A DNA stretch of 64,000 nt from Harriotta raleighana (lineage: Eukaryota), in contig JBNZDD010013714.1 of the NCBI GenBank assembly GCA_050575255.1, positions 6,189,478-6,253,477 of the forward strand. The letters run 5' to 3'. Position 1 is the first letter of the stretch; every line of letters starts with the position of its first letter. A model generated the notes under the pieces. It was given only the letters and a program-made list of their open reading frames with translations. It had not been told where the DNA came from and ran no database searches. This document shows positions 1 to 13,439 of this stretch, in pieces. A program made the translations under genes and the position numbers.

Positions 1-480
1 CTATAATACAGTCAAATTGAAATGCAGTTTGTAAAGATATGTTTATGCCCAAGTTAAAATATCACAAATATTACTTTGAAACTGCTGATTTAAGTTCTCT
101 AATTGCAAGTCAGCATCTTCTTTCAAAAATTTTAAACACTGATCATCATGCTTTTGTTCCAATGACAAAGGAAATATTCAGTGACAGAAGAATAGAATTT
201 GCCAGGTCTGTGTTAGAACCAAACAGATCACAAACACAGCTGTGCTAATCTTCTTTAGCTTTCATGCTCTAATAGATAAACACAGAAAACATGAACGCTG
301 CAATTGTCAGGATGCATGTTTTACTAGAATTTTAATCAGTGGAAATTTTAAAGCCTTTGCTGGATTTATCTATAAATGTAATTTTGTTGTTGTTGTTGTC
401 TTGTGTGACTGAATAAAATAAGCTCCGGAAAACATAGCAATACCTACGTCATTGAGTTTTATTTCCAAATATCTACCCAC

Positions 481-708
481 CTTGGTTCTGCCATATCCTG
501 GAGTTCCCTCTGCTTGTCCTCCCTCCCTTGATGGCTTTTAAAACTGCTATCTCATCAACGGCTCTTTTCCTCCTGACCCTGCCTCAGCCTGCCTTAGCTA
601 ACCCCACCCACCCCACCACCACCCAATTTGTGCCCACTTATCTCTTTGTTTGTTTGTAATGTCCCCCTGACATGAAATGTGCTATTTTAATGAAAATTGT
701 TGTTGTTG
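481..708 (+). mobile_element. Degenerate L2 LINE 3' end with (TTG)n tail
   Basis: Pyrimidine-rich 3' UTR followed by ...CTGACATGAAATGTGCTATTTTAATGAAAATTGTTGTTGTTG, the same tail type as the L2 copies at 38815 and 59838. Confidence 0.55.
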
Positions 709-1121
709 GCAAGTATTGGGCCTGGTATACCCAACAAACAAACTTTAAGTTGTATGTCTGTATTATACCCAGAGGTTTTTTCTCTATCAAGTAACCAATA
801 TATTCTACTGTTTGTGAGATTTAAAACCTTATTGGGAAAAAATGTGTTCACGATGTTTAAGACTGATGAACATTGGAGATTTATTTTCTATATATATTTA
901 TATAGGAAAAATCTTCAGGCTAGATTTCTAATCGTTGCTACATATTTTCTTAAAAGTAAAATCAGAATTTGTAGCTAACATTTTAAGTACTGTATTGCTC
1001 TGGAAATGTAAAACCTATCAAAATATAATTGTTTTCAAAGATGTTCACATTTGATGTTAAACAGATATTTCTGTACTTAAATCATTATATCTATGTAAGT
1101 GGGTAAATTTTATATCTAGGT

Positions 1122-1536
1122 ATCCAGACATGCATCATTCCTGCCACCTACCAGTAGATACAAATGTGATTGCAGTCTTCAGTAGGACACTTTTATATCA
1201 CAACAAAAATGAAAAATGATTAAAAATGAATTAATCAAAAGCACAGTACTTTGGAATGAAGGAGACTAAAACAAATAAACAGCTTTGTATCTTTCAACAG
1301 TTAATATTGTACATCTTTAGTGAATGGACCATTTGCCACTATATTTTATTTCTGTGCTGGGACTATAAATTAGACTGATGGCAAATGTCTGATATATCTT
1401 TGTAATGTCATTTGAAATCATGATCTATTCAATATCAAGTGAATTTTAACCTGATAGATTTTGCTGACAGATCTAAAACATACGTCATACCTGCCACCTA
1501 GAATTAGACACAAACGTGATTGCAAACTTCAATAGG
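1122..1536. repeat. Diverged direct repeat, about 65 bp x2, offset 350 bp (1122-1186 and 1472-1536)
   Basis: CATTCCTGCCACCTACCAGTAGATACAAATGTGATTGCAGTCTTCAGTAGG vs CATACCTGCCACCTAGAATTAGACACAAACGTGATTGCAAACTTCAATAGG. Confidence 0.8.
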
Positions 1537-4500
1537 TTAGAAAATAAAATTGAGATAAAGAATGAATTTGTAGTGTAGGGAACAAAATTCATTAGGCAAA
1601 CATGAAAAGTAGTATGGATATCTCAGGTTATATTTGTTATAATTGCTTAACAGAGATATCACCGGAGTTACATTATGGAGGTAAGAAACAAAGAGCTGTA
1701 TTCAGTTGAGTTAGGAAGAAAATCTCATTTTAGGGTCACAATGATGTGTGAAATTGAATGAAAATCACAATGGAAAGGGTTAACAAGAACTGACTACAAC
1801 TAAAACAGGACCTGGCTTCTGCAACTCCATTAGTTCCTCGAAGTTCAATCAGCCAAACACATATGTGATCACGCGGCTTGAGAGAAGGGAAAATGGGCAT
1901 CTACCAAGTTCAGAGTTGCATTTATGTCATAGCTTTCAACTTCCATTACTCTCTTTCCTTTCCTAGCGGACAGGGACCGAACCTAAGGCATTAACGCTGG
2001 TATGACCATTAACCCTATAGTTACTAATCTGCAGACTTTCAATTCCTCAGATAGTTTAATGGGGATGATAATTCTACTCCAAGCTTTTATTTCACTTTTT
2101 TAAAATGTTGTCTTTCTCCCCCACCCCTAGTAAAATTTATTTAGCTCCAAATTGCCACGCTGGGTTCACCAGCGGAGAGCATAGAAAGGATATTGATGAC
2201 GAGTGGACATTAGTTTTGAATGACGGAAATATTGTGTTGCATTAGCGCAGCACAAACAGTTCATTTCAAGATGACTAAATTTCTACATGGTGGGCAAATC
2301 TATTTGCTAGATCCACATTACGACCTGTATTAAGCAGTCAGTCTTGAGCAAGATTGGCATGTGGCATCGGACTTGGACCTCTGGAAAATCCAAGTAGCTG
2401 ACACATGACACGCAATGTTGTGATGTGTTCTTCCTACTTACTATAGTATCCCACAATGCTGAAGGCAAATGGCTATCGAATAATTTGGAATGACAGATAC
2501 TGGAAGGCATTACCTACAGTCTGGGTTTGTTAACATTTGCTGATATATACAGGCCTTGTGATTGATATGTAGAAAGGTAAGTGGATGTACCTCAACAAAG
2601 CATAAAATGGGTAAGATGTACCACAGCCTAAACTGGTGCAACTATTGCTCAACAGACAGCGATTAATGCCTGAGCCATGGGCGGGAAGGTGCTGGAAATG
2701 CTCTCACATTTTATGCTTTGCTGTTCATCGGGAAGCTCGCGGGTAGCACAAACCCGCATTCGTCAAATGACCAACTAGTGAGTATCATTCTTACCAAGTG
2801 TGATCTCCTTCGGTGTTGTGGAATAGGATAATGATTTCCAGATTTTCATAGGTTTATTAGACTTGAACAGGTAAAGAAAGAGTGGTGAGTGAATGGGTGT
2901 CCCCTGTAAGACAAACTATTAATAAGTGGTGTGCTCCCAGGCTTCAGTAATCTATAAAGGAAAACAACGAATTAGACTGAGAACTGCAATGATCTCAGAA
3001 TGCTGATGCATACAGACAAATAAATATCCATGTATTGGAAATCAGTGAGAAGTTTCAGAATCAAGTGATGTGCATTTCACCATTTATCTTCTCATCCCAT
3101 TCAGCCAAATGTTCACTAAATGCAATCAGGCCATTCCAGTGAGCTTGAATTATTTTCACAGAATTAAACCAATTCAGCTGAGACCCCGGTATTGTAAATG
3201 CCATATTTTAGCCTCGCAAGAAGAAATGAATAGTCATGAGAAAAAGTGGAGTTTGTGGCCTTAAGCCACTTGAATTGGGCGTTATTTTCTCCTTGTTTAC
3301 TTGCTGACCAAATCCTTTCGAACTTTTGTATTAGTCAAAAATGTATGTTAAATAGTATTTTGTTCAGTTTTTGAGCATTTGTTTGGTGTTCAGTGAGAGG
3401 TCAAAAAGGTGATTCCAAGTTGTGAAATGGCTTGAACACTCATGACCTTTGCTAAATCGAGTATAACTAATACCCTAGCTTTGCCCACCATCGTTGCTGC
3501 CAATAGAGAACTGATTGTAATGAATCAGGTTCTTTTTAACACACTAATGTGATCAATTTTTCATTTCACTGAATAAGTAACTTGAGTGATAGGAAAGCCT
3601 CTGTGACCCTTTGTTAACCTTTCCCTTTATTATTAATATCTTTATTGTGTTTCATGAAATGTATGTAAAGGAAACACTTAGTCACTGATTTAACCAATTG
3701 TTTAACAGAATCATAAGCTTCATACATTCATAAAGTGTTACTCATTACATAAATGTTCAGGGAGTTTGTGGCTTCTGAAGAAATTATCTTTCAGAGAAAC
3801 AGAGGTTGCAGTATGATTACGGTCCTCCTCTCTCTCAAAGACTCATTTATATACGTTTTTTAATAAAAGACTGAAATTCCACGTATCAGCATTCCTAGTC
3901 GTAACTGAAACCTTTTTGACCCAAGGGTCAGCTAAACTACTGACCATTCTATCAATAGATATTTTCAATTGGTCACTTTTCTGCCTCACATCATTAATCA
4001 CATTTTATTCAGCTGAACACTTTGTGCAGAAAACTTTAAAGGTTATTAAATCCTGGGAGAGCCGACAGTGTTAGCTATCAGGTTGGACTTTTTCTTGTGA
4101 ACATATTGGCATGCTTAGATTTGTCTGTATGTCATGTTTTTCCTATGTTCATATCATTTCATGATAATGAACAAGTAAATCCTTTTGAGCCCAATGACAG
4201 CATTCAGAATGAGGCATTTGTATTTTAACATAGCCAGTGACATTGAAGCTGTCACAATCGACAAAATGAAAACATGAAATTGTAGGTGTTTTTCCAATGA
4301 GTGCTTTGGATTTACAGAAACATCATCTTTGTCCATTAATCTGCAGAACATAAAATGAGTCTATCCTACTGAGATAATCAGTTCTGTTTTTAATGAATGG
4401 TTTGCATAGGATTGCTTTCCATAGACTGGCTACTCCAATATGGCGAGATTGGTAGGGTCAGTATTTGCGCTCACTTTGGGTATCCTGATCAAAGACTCAA

Positions 4501-4940
4501 ACAGGAGCCATGAAAAAATTATAGTTTTCAAGTTGCACAAGGTCATTAGAGGTTCCCAGGTCTATTGATAGTCCTGTTGAGACATTATGGGTTAAACTAT
4601 TTGCGGAATGATACTCAATACAGTTTTCAAATGTAACTTCTTCATTACAAGTAAATAATAATTTGTTAGCCATTAAATGCCTTGTTAGATCTAACTATTC
4701 AAGTAGTATTACCAAGACACTGAACCCTTTAGGTCAGTATCCCCAATTATTTTGTGTTTTTACCTCCCTACATTCTATTGAATGCTAAGACATCATCGTC
4801 CCATTGAAATACAGCATATTCAAGTTTCAACTCAATTCTGGTAAGAATTTGTTCAAGGTTCTGATTAACATTTCAATCAACTTTGATTGAGCAAGTTAGT
4901 CATTCTTTTCATGAATTATTGCCTTTGTGATTCAATCAGA

Positions 4941-5150
4941 AATAATCCTTGCATTTGAAGTAGCGCCTATAAATTTGAAATTCCTCAAAGTGCTTCACAG
5001 GGATTTACTCACGAGTGTAGTGCATTTGTAAGGTCTGTTGATTTGAACAGTTGAAAATTGGTGAAATTAGGAAGCTGTTACTCCCTTGGTGGTTCAGTGC
5101 AAAGTTTTCATAAAGCCAACCAGAGATATTCTTCACATTCCCACTGGGAC
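4941..5150 (-). mobile_element. Old DeuSINE-type fragment (tail plus part of body)
   Basis: AATAATCCTTGCATTTGAAGTAGCGCC...CTCAAAGTGCTTCACAG is the reverse complement of the recurrent SINE tail. Confidence 0.6.
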
Positions 5151-5837
5151 TGCAGAATTCACCTTCATTGGCAGAGAGAGAGAGATAGTTCATTTCAGGC
5201 TTGTGTGGTCTTTTTGTGCTCTTAAAAATCCATATGTATTTGCAATTCCAGTTGCTCCTTACCACATCACATAACTCACAGATCATTTATTTAGTGAAAT
5301 AAACAATGGCAACACTAAGGTCTGCCAATTTTTGTTTGGGGGGAAGCAATTTGTACCTCCTCTATGCCTGTATCCTTTCCCTCTTGTAAGTGAGAGCAAT
5401 TTGTTTAACTACACTGTGAACACTGCTGATGCTCTGGAAACGTATGGTATTCATAATGCGATGGATAATTTAATTAATTCACATTGTGGCACTGTTAGTT
5501 CCACAGTCAGTGAATTGATGTGATAAACAGAGCACGCACAGTCAAGTGATGCACAAAATCACGTGAATAACATAACAGAAACATTAGGGATTAGATATAC
5601 AGTAAATTACCTTCACTCCCAAATCCTAAATGTGCTTGTTTCGTGCAAAGAAACTGGTCTCACATTTTTGCATTTCAAGTGGTATACAAAAGTGTTGTAA
5701 AACATTCAGCCTTTTTTTTTCAAAAACAGCATATTTTAGATGTCTGCAGATTTGAAATGATTAAATAAGTACTAGTCGTAATTTGCTATCCTGACCAACA
5801 ATTCCCCAGATTAAAAAAAAGGTCATTCACTTCACGC

Positions 5838-5992
5838 CTGTTAGTGAGATATTGCTGTGACAAAATTGTGTACTGGTAAACTGTTTACCAGCACACAGTC
5901 ACTATGCTTCACAGCGAGTCTCGTGAAGCACTTTAAGACATCTCAACAACATGTTAAAAGGCTATATCAAATGCAAGGATTATAATGATAAT
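5838..5992 (+). mobile_element. DeuSINE 3' part
   Basis: TTGCTGTG...CAGTCAC...GTGAAGCACTTTAAGACATCTC...GGCTATATCAAATGCAAGGATTATAAT. Confidence 0.75.
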
Positions 5993-7189
5993 TTCTTAAA
6001 AAGAAAAAACATTCAAGGCTATACATATATATACCACAAACTATGTTATTTTTAAGTTGGAGCCTGGAGACATTTTAAAAACAAAACTGGTGGAAAGAGA
6101 AAATGAGTGTTTAGTCCATTTAACTGGAAAAACAAATTAATTTCACATTGTTTATATACACAAAGTATGTACAAACTATAACATTGTATAATTTATAGAC
6201 AATGAACCATGACTAACATTGAATAGCAGGCTTAGGTTTAATAATAAAACAGATTAAAATGATGTATACTTTATTTAAATCTTATATTCAATTTTTATTT
6301 ATGTATAATATACAATTGTAAGTAATTGTAATTGGACAGTTCCTTGGTTACAGAAACAAGCATTTCAAGTTATGAAAGTGTTCCACTCTGGCAATCAGAG
6401 TTCAGTTGTATTTATACTAAAATATCAATAGAACTATGTTGGGGAGGGAATAAAAAGTGTAGCCATTACTGTCCATGCCGCATTTTGTTAATAAGCATAA
6501 AATACGGCATTACAAATGTACCCATGATTTACAATCATTTGACAGATATTGCTTAATTGAAGAACAGAAAGGTTATTAAAGAAGCGGAGTTAGAATCACC
6601 ACCTCCAAAAGCCACAGATGCCACAAATTATTCTTTGAATACCAGCTTATAAATCTTTTGTATCACTTGCTTGGCCAAGATATTGCAATTATCAGATGCC
6701 CTTTGTCTAAAGGTTTTTCATAATTAAGCACTGAGACCCAAGGTGCCACGATATGCAGCAATAATGTAGTCAAAGATGCAATGATATACTTGGATATAGA
6801 GTCTTTTTCCAAGTCTTCATCATGTATCACTGAGAGTCAATGAATTGCCTTGCCCTTGGTAATAAAAATTAGCCTCTCTCCACCAATCTTACACCATAGG
6901 CCCATTGATGTCTCTTTTGCTGATGATTGCACGCCTCGCCCACCAGCTTGCTGTATGAATAATACAATCAATTCAAATCTCATCTGTTAAGTGCAGGAAT
7001 TGTTCCGATATTTCTCATAGGTAAACACATTGAATTACTTAATATTTGTTAAAAATGTGTTTGGAAGGATGGAACGATATATTTTCAATTTGTAGCTCAA
7101 TATAGTCAAATTAAATTCAATGTCCATTTTGTTTTGCAAGATTGTGTCACCAAGGAGTGGAATTATCTCAGAGATAAATTATTTATAAA

Positions 7190-7420
7190 TGAGGAGCAGC
7201 TTTATACTTGAAATCTATGAGGCCAATGAGATTGATTTGGATTGGGAGCATCTTGAGCAGAAAGGATGAAGTTGAGTTAGGAGTTTTAGGATGCTATGGT
7301 TAAAATTAATAAAGTATCACAAAGATTGATCGAGCATTGGAGAGCTTTGTAAATGAGAAAATATATAGAACAATATCACACTTGGACTGACAAGATAGAA
7401 AGAGAGAAAGGACCAAAGCA
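7190..7420 (-). mobile_element. Possible highly degenerate L2 ORF2 fragment
   Basis: Purine-rich on the + strand. The minus strand loosely resembles the C-terminal region of L2 ORF2 (...GATTTCAAGTATAAAGCTGCTCC). Weak. Confidence 0.3.
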
Positions 7421-9540
7421 CAGATAGAATAAACATGATGTACTTGGTGTATGTTGTGATCCTGTTTACATTACATCAGGTATAATATGACGGGTGCAAA
7501 GTAAGGCTCTATCTATTCAACTCTCAACATCATATCTCAAATCCAACCTAAGAAGAGAATTCTTTCCCACAAATGTTTGTCTTGTCATCTCACAAATAAG
7601 GTCTGCTGAATTTTGTCATTTTTGGGAGGCTGTATATTCATTAAGGACGTGGGTTAACTGTCTAAACTCATTTCATAAAGTGCCAGGAGAGAGAGAGAGA
7701 GAGATGAGCCTTTCAACCCATGTTACCAGATAAATATGTTGGCTCACCAACATTGGAAGCAGTGAAAGAATACCACTTCCCTCGACTTCATTTAGCATGT
7801 TCCCAAATGTACATTGACCTATTATAACGCACATATGTTATTTGACGGCTTCCTCATTAACACAGGTGAAAACTGTACTGCCTTTCTACAACATTAACCC
7901 CTTTATGACATTCTTTCTGTTTTCCCCTTCCTTTAAAAGGGTGATGACATTTTACAGTATAATGACTGCTTTTGTCTCTATCTCTTCCCAGTTGCATTTT
8001 CATCACCTAACAATAAGCCTAGGTTTGACACATTTTTATGCATCGTCTGCTTGTACCTGCTTCACATCAGCTTTTGCTCGCAACCCATTATGACATTTGT
8101 TTACAATGTATTTTTCTCAAGTGTATAAACATATTTGACAACTTGATGTCACGGACAACAGTGCAAATGTTTGCAGAAATCGCTGAGTGATGGAGCTTGT
8201 CATATCCTTGTCTGCTGTGATCGGAGATGATAGAAATCAATGTCTTAACCACAGGGAGCTCCGGGCATTCCATATCTATCATATTCAACAAGGTCATAAT
8301 TACATTTGGAAAAACATACTTTACACATATAATCTGATATTTATATCTGTGCAGTTTTAGCACATGTCAAAATACATAAATGCAACCTGCTTCGCTTTCA
8401 TTGACAAGTTCAATAGTAGGTGCAGAGGTTGCCTTAAACAGTATTATTTAGTGGATTGAGTTATGACAGCTGCAAACCCGAGAGGCAAGTGAGCCAGGAT
8501 AAAATAGCCTCGACCCTAGACAAATGATGATAAAGCGATCACTTTAAAGAACAATCTCCATAATATTTCATGCTCACTCTGCAGTGTAAAGTCAGCCTTG
8601 ACTCCGGGCTAACTGCTCTATCAATTGGGTTGATTCACTGCTGCAACTACTCTTGGTCATAATATTTCAAATAAATGGCACAATGGATTGTAGTAATATC
8701 TGCATCAATATTAACCCTGAAAGGACTAATGGCTGCCTATCCTTTATGGCTCGACAATGTATTTTTACTGCAGTTTGAAATATTTGTACTTTTGTGTCCC
8801 TAAATTATAAAATACAGTGCATTCAGCTGCAGTCAAAATAGGTCCACAGACATAAGGCATACTTTTGAGATTTTAAAGTGTTAACTAACATGTTGTTTAA
8901 TTTAACCATCTTCATATTTTGGAAATGCAATCAGTGAACTATGGTCTGATGTGCTACATGATCAGTGGAATAGAACGCTGTAAAGTTATTTTTCTGTGTC
9001 GTTTTATGTTTAATATCAATCAAACTGATTATGTGACATTAATACAATGAAATTGTCCTACTGGACAACTATTTGAAAACACTAAACATACTTTTATTTA
9101 TATACACAAAAAAATTCACAAGTTAAAACTAATTTTGTTCAGTATAATCTTCTCCTCATTGTGAATTAAGTTTTTACAGTTTTAATTTTGCTGCTGATAT
9201 TATTTCCTGTTTTGCACAATACACAGGAAGTGACAGAAGATGGCCATTTTTGCTACTTAGGAACTGGTCTGCAAACCCTTTACAGACTTTATTATAGATT
9301 TGAGATCTTAAGAATCCAACTACCATTTTGTAACTTGACTCCACTAGAAAATTAATTAACAGTTGCAAACAAGGCCTTTTACATTCATGTCCTTAAAATG
9401 TATTGTTTCAAAGCAAGTATGGAGTCAATTAATTTCAAATCAAAAATGATTTGTGATCAAAACTCATTCATTGAAGTATTTAATCAATTACCCCAGATAA
9501 AATTAGTCATTCGCTCTGTGATTATTTGTAGGATGGATTA

Positions 9541-9700
9541 TTTGAGATGTCTAGAAGACGTGAAAAGCGCTATATCAAATGCAAGTATTATTATTATTAT
9601 TTATGGAATAATCACTATATGTTACAATTAATCTTGTGAGATATCCTGATGTGAAAGGTGCTACTCCAACATACAAGGATGATAATTATTACTATAAATG
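9541..9700 (+). mobile_element. Two tandem 5'-truncated SINE/L2 tails
   Basis: TTGAGATGTCTAGAAGACGTGAAAAGCGCTATATCAAATGCAAG(TAT)n, then GAGATATCCTGATGTGAAAGGTGCTA...CAAGGATGATAATTATT. Confidence 0.75.
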
Positions 9701-11674
9701 ATATTAGTAAGTGTGAAATGAACAGCCCTAGTATTTATTCTGCTGAAACCGTGACCTAATATGCCTTCAAACACAAGAGAGGATTGTAAACATTCAGATG
9801 TCTCTCAGACAGCCAGGATTCTTTTAACTATGTTTATCGTGATTATTGTAAAACAATATCACTGTCATATAAAGTAATTAGAAGTACCACCTGCAGAGAA
9901 CCACAAATTGTAAATCCATTTTCTGTAAACGTGTACAGCTTATCAGCAAATCTGTTTGTTTAATATCAGAAACACAGTCTGATGTCAGAGTAATTCACTT
10001 ACTGTATTTAGGGCGCCGACTAAGATTTTATAATTCCAACAAAAGAATATTTATAGCTGAAGCTTTACTCATTGAAATCCTCTTAGGAGATGAATACATG
10101 CATCAGTAATGCTGCGCCTTGGGGAGCAGATGGTAACCTGTCAGCAAAGTGTTCTCATGCACGTTCAAGGGAAAGACTTTCAACCAGCCAGGTCATCAAG
10201 GAAAGCCTTCAAGTACCAAAGGAGGAATTCCTTTCCTAGAGTGCAGCTACATTTTAATTCAGCCACTTATGTTTATATTTCTATCAGTTATGTTGCATAT
10301 TGCTTGTTAAGAGAGCTTCATTCTCATTGGCGGCTATCTTGCATTTGGTTGGTAAAGCAACAAAAAATATTTATTTCCCTCTCCTCTTCCTTCCACCCCC
10401 CCCCCACCCCCGCCACCACTGATCAGCTGGTTTCCCTGAGGTATTGAGATGTGTGACGGTATGTGAGGGTGTGAGGTTCAGGTTGATTGTCTACAATCCC
10501 CTTGCACTCACCATGGGGAGGAGGGGAGAGGTGGGGGGGTGGGGTGGCTGGGGTAGGTGGGGGTGAGGGTAAAGGTAATGACTCATAGGCAGAGAGGCTA
10601 GGAGAAAGGAAGGCACTATCACCTTCATAACAAAGGAAGAGAGCTGCTTCGCTGTTAAAAAAAAGTGCAGGTTTTCCATTCTTATTTATGCAACTCATCT
10701 TTCTGCATAACCTCCTAACCTTATCTGCAAATTCTGTTATTGGCCATTTTTAATCTTTGAAATTGGGCAAAATTAAACACGAAAAACACTACCCAGCCTG
10801 CGGTTGAGGGGGGGTGAGAAGATTTATGTGAATGAATCTTAATTAAGATCCAGGATTAATAATTTGAAATTAAACTAGACAAGAATACACAGTGCACTCA
10901 TGCTTTTTTAAAAAAAATCTGTAACTAACTGAACCTTTTGCATTTGTTGTGGTGCCATAAAACTAGCAAGTCCACAAAAGGATAAACCAGTATTATATAA
11001 CTGCTTTATAATTGCATATTCGGCATATCTAACTGCTCAACTGCAGCCCCACAGATGATTTATACAAATTATAAGATGGACTTTTAAGAATTATTAGGCC
11101 ACATTCTCAAAGGAAGAGTAAAAACAAATCCCAAAGGGTATAAATTCAATAACGCACCCTGGATAATGAGTTCACCAGAGAATAAACTGATACCTTTGAT
11201 TGTCTGTATTATACAATAACTGATGGAGCTGTGGGATTCACTGGGGGAATTGCAGGTTCCTTCAAAGGCCCAGCTGAGATAATAGCATTATTAACTGCAT
11301 AGCATGTATTAATTTTTAACTATTCTTACACCACACAGGGATCAATTTACCGAACTTAACAATAGGAAGTATTACATACCTCTCTGGATTAGTTCTTTTT
11401 GTCTTCTGTGTCATTTGAGTAATTGCAGCAACTCCTGAGAAGAATTATAAATGATTTATTTTCATAAATTTCAAGTCTGCAAAAATCCTAATGGTTATAA
11501 ATGTTCAAGCCAAATGTGTAGAAAGCCTCACAATTCTTAGCTGCTTCCACTAGTTGTAAATTGTACCCGAGTTTTGATAAAACATTGACTTCTAGAGTAT
11601 TTATTCTAAGAATAATTAATCAACACAAGTTTTTAAGTTTCGCTTTTTGGAAAAGTTGAAGGTTTTCTTCTTTG

Positions 11675-11907
11675 CCCTCATTCTATTTTTTTAAATTTTG
11701 ATTCCTGCAGGAATCATAAGTGTGAATACTGCAGTTTCAACCCCTTTGTGAGTAGTTCATGCCCTAAGATGACATGCCAGTGCAGCCCTGGGAGNTCCCT
11801 CATTCTATTTTTTTTTATTTTGATTCCTGCAGGAATCTTAAGTGCAGTTTCAACCCGTTTGTGAGTAGTTCATGCCCTAAGATGACATGCCAGTGCAGCC
11901 CTGGGAG
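11675..11907. other. Duplicated flanks around a single-N gap at 11795 (probable haplotype overlap artefact)
   Basis: 11675-11794 and 11797-11907 are near-identical (a few SNPs and one indel of about 9-10 bp) and abut the N. Confidence 0.85.
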
Positions 11908-11929
11908 AGTGGTCTTTCACTTTATAGAA

Positions 11930-12045
11930 AATTGCTGTGTGCAAATTGGCTGCCTACAGAATGCACAGTCACTACACCTTACTGTAATTCCTGTGAGATG
12001 TCCTCTGGATATGCAAGGTGCTATAAAACAAAAACAAGGATTATC
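11930..12045 (+). mobile_element. DeuSINE 3' part
   Basis: TTGCTGTGTGCAAATTGGCTGCC (Deu-domain core), then CAGTCACTACAC and tail ...CAAGGATTATC. Confidence 0.75.
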
Positions 12046-12099
12046 TATTTATGTTATGTGCATTATTAAATAGAGGCAATCCTTTTGCAAAGCTTGATA

Positions 12100-12235
12100 A
12101 AACAACAGCAACAAAATTTGATTTGTATAGTGCCTTTCACATTGGGAGGACATCCCAAGGCATTGGACAGTCAGTGGGGTCGGGTTTGGGAAGGGTAGAG
12201 GGAGGGAGGGGAAGAGGAAGGAGGATCGAAAAGCA
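12100..12235 (-). mobile_element. L2 3' tail
   Basis: AACAACAGCAACAAAATTTGATTTGTATAGTGCCTTTCACATTGGGAGACATCCCAAGGCATTGGACAGTC followed by a G-rich UTR. Confidence 0.7.
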
Positions 12236-13439
12236 AAATACCTGTACATTCTTTGCTGACTCTGATTCAGAACACAGGCTGAGGCAAGTTATTTTGAAAT
12301 GCAAGGTGTATATTTGCTTTCAATAATGTAGCTGTTGAGATAAGGGTATTTGTTCATGTTTTGTAAAAGGACAATGACAGTTGTTACAATCTATACATAT
12401 TGATTCTGTCTGATAATAAACAGTTTGATTAGCCTTCATCCAACAGCCATTTCAATTATTGCCCCCGCTCCAGACCTGCACTGGATAGCCAGCCGCTCAG
12501 CCAGGGCTAACTCAAAATAAGAAATCCTAGTCTGATTAGGGCCCCGGCTTCAGTGAATTGGACAAGACAGCAGAGCGGTCAGGTTATTAACTCCCTCAGA
12601 AAATACTCTGCTCTCTCCCTTGGGCAATGCTGAATATTCTGATATGGATCGATAAGCAATCTCCGGTATGTACAAAATGCCTACAAGACTCATTTGTCTG
12701 TGCACACTCTCCCTTTGGCCGATGCAGCACCTGCACTCCATGTTATCCCTTTTCTTTTTAAACGATGACCCGGAGTGCTGGGGATACACGTCAAATCCAG
12801 TTCATCATCCTCACGGCTGTGTTCTAAACGAGGTTAATGCTCACCCCTCCAGTATTAATATATTAATATCAATCTTTTATTCCCCTGAAAATGCACGCAC
12901 CTACCCACAGCAAGTAGCACCCAGGCACTGTGTGATTTCATTACTCTTTGAAGGAAATTGTACGGGGGAGAAACTTCAGATCTGTGTTAGCAGCACAGTA
13001 GAAAACATTGTGAATGTGTCCTATTTAGATTACATTTTGCAATGGCGGATTTCAATCAATGCATTTGCTTGCAGTGTTTTGGAATTCTTTATTTGAAAAA
13101 TAATCGTTCCGAATTGCAGAGATGTTATGAAACTATATTTTGACAACCTGCTAGATTCACATGTGGCTGTAAGACCACAATATTATAAGTGATTGTACTT
13201 TGCTCTTGCAATTGATGATGGTGTCACTCGAACCTTTCTGTAGGCCTAATATTCTGCTTCATTATCATTTGAAAGCCATTTCTTCTTGAAGCATTATGGA
13301 CTGAATACTGTATAAGAATTTTTCCCATTTTTTTGACACACTGGTCTTGTCAGTGGAATTTCCTGTTGATTTTCTTGTAATTACTCCACACAGTGCTGCC
13401 TGTGCAATGTGCTTTTAAACTGGAGATAGCCATGTTCTA

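Noticed and set aside
11675-11907. Biological tandem duplication
   Set aside because: The copies meet exactly at a single N and differ like two alleles, typical of an unmerged contig overlap.
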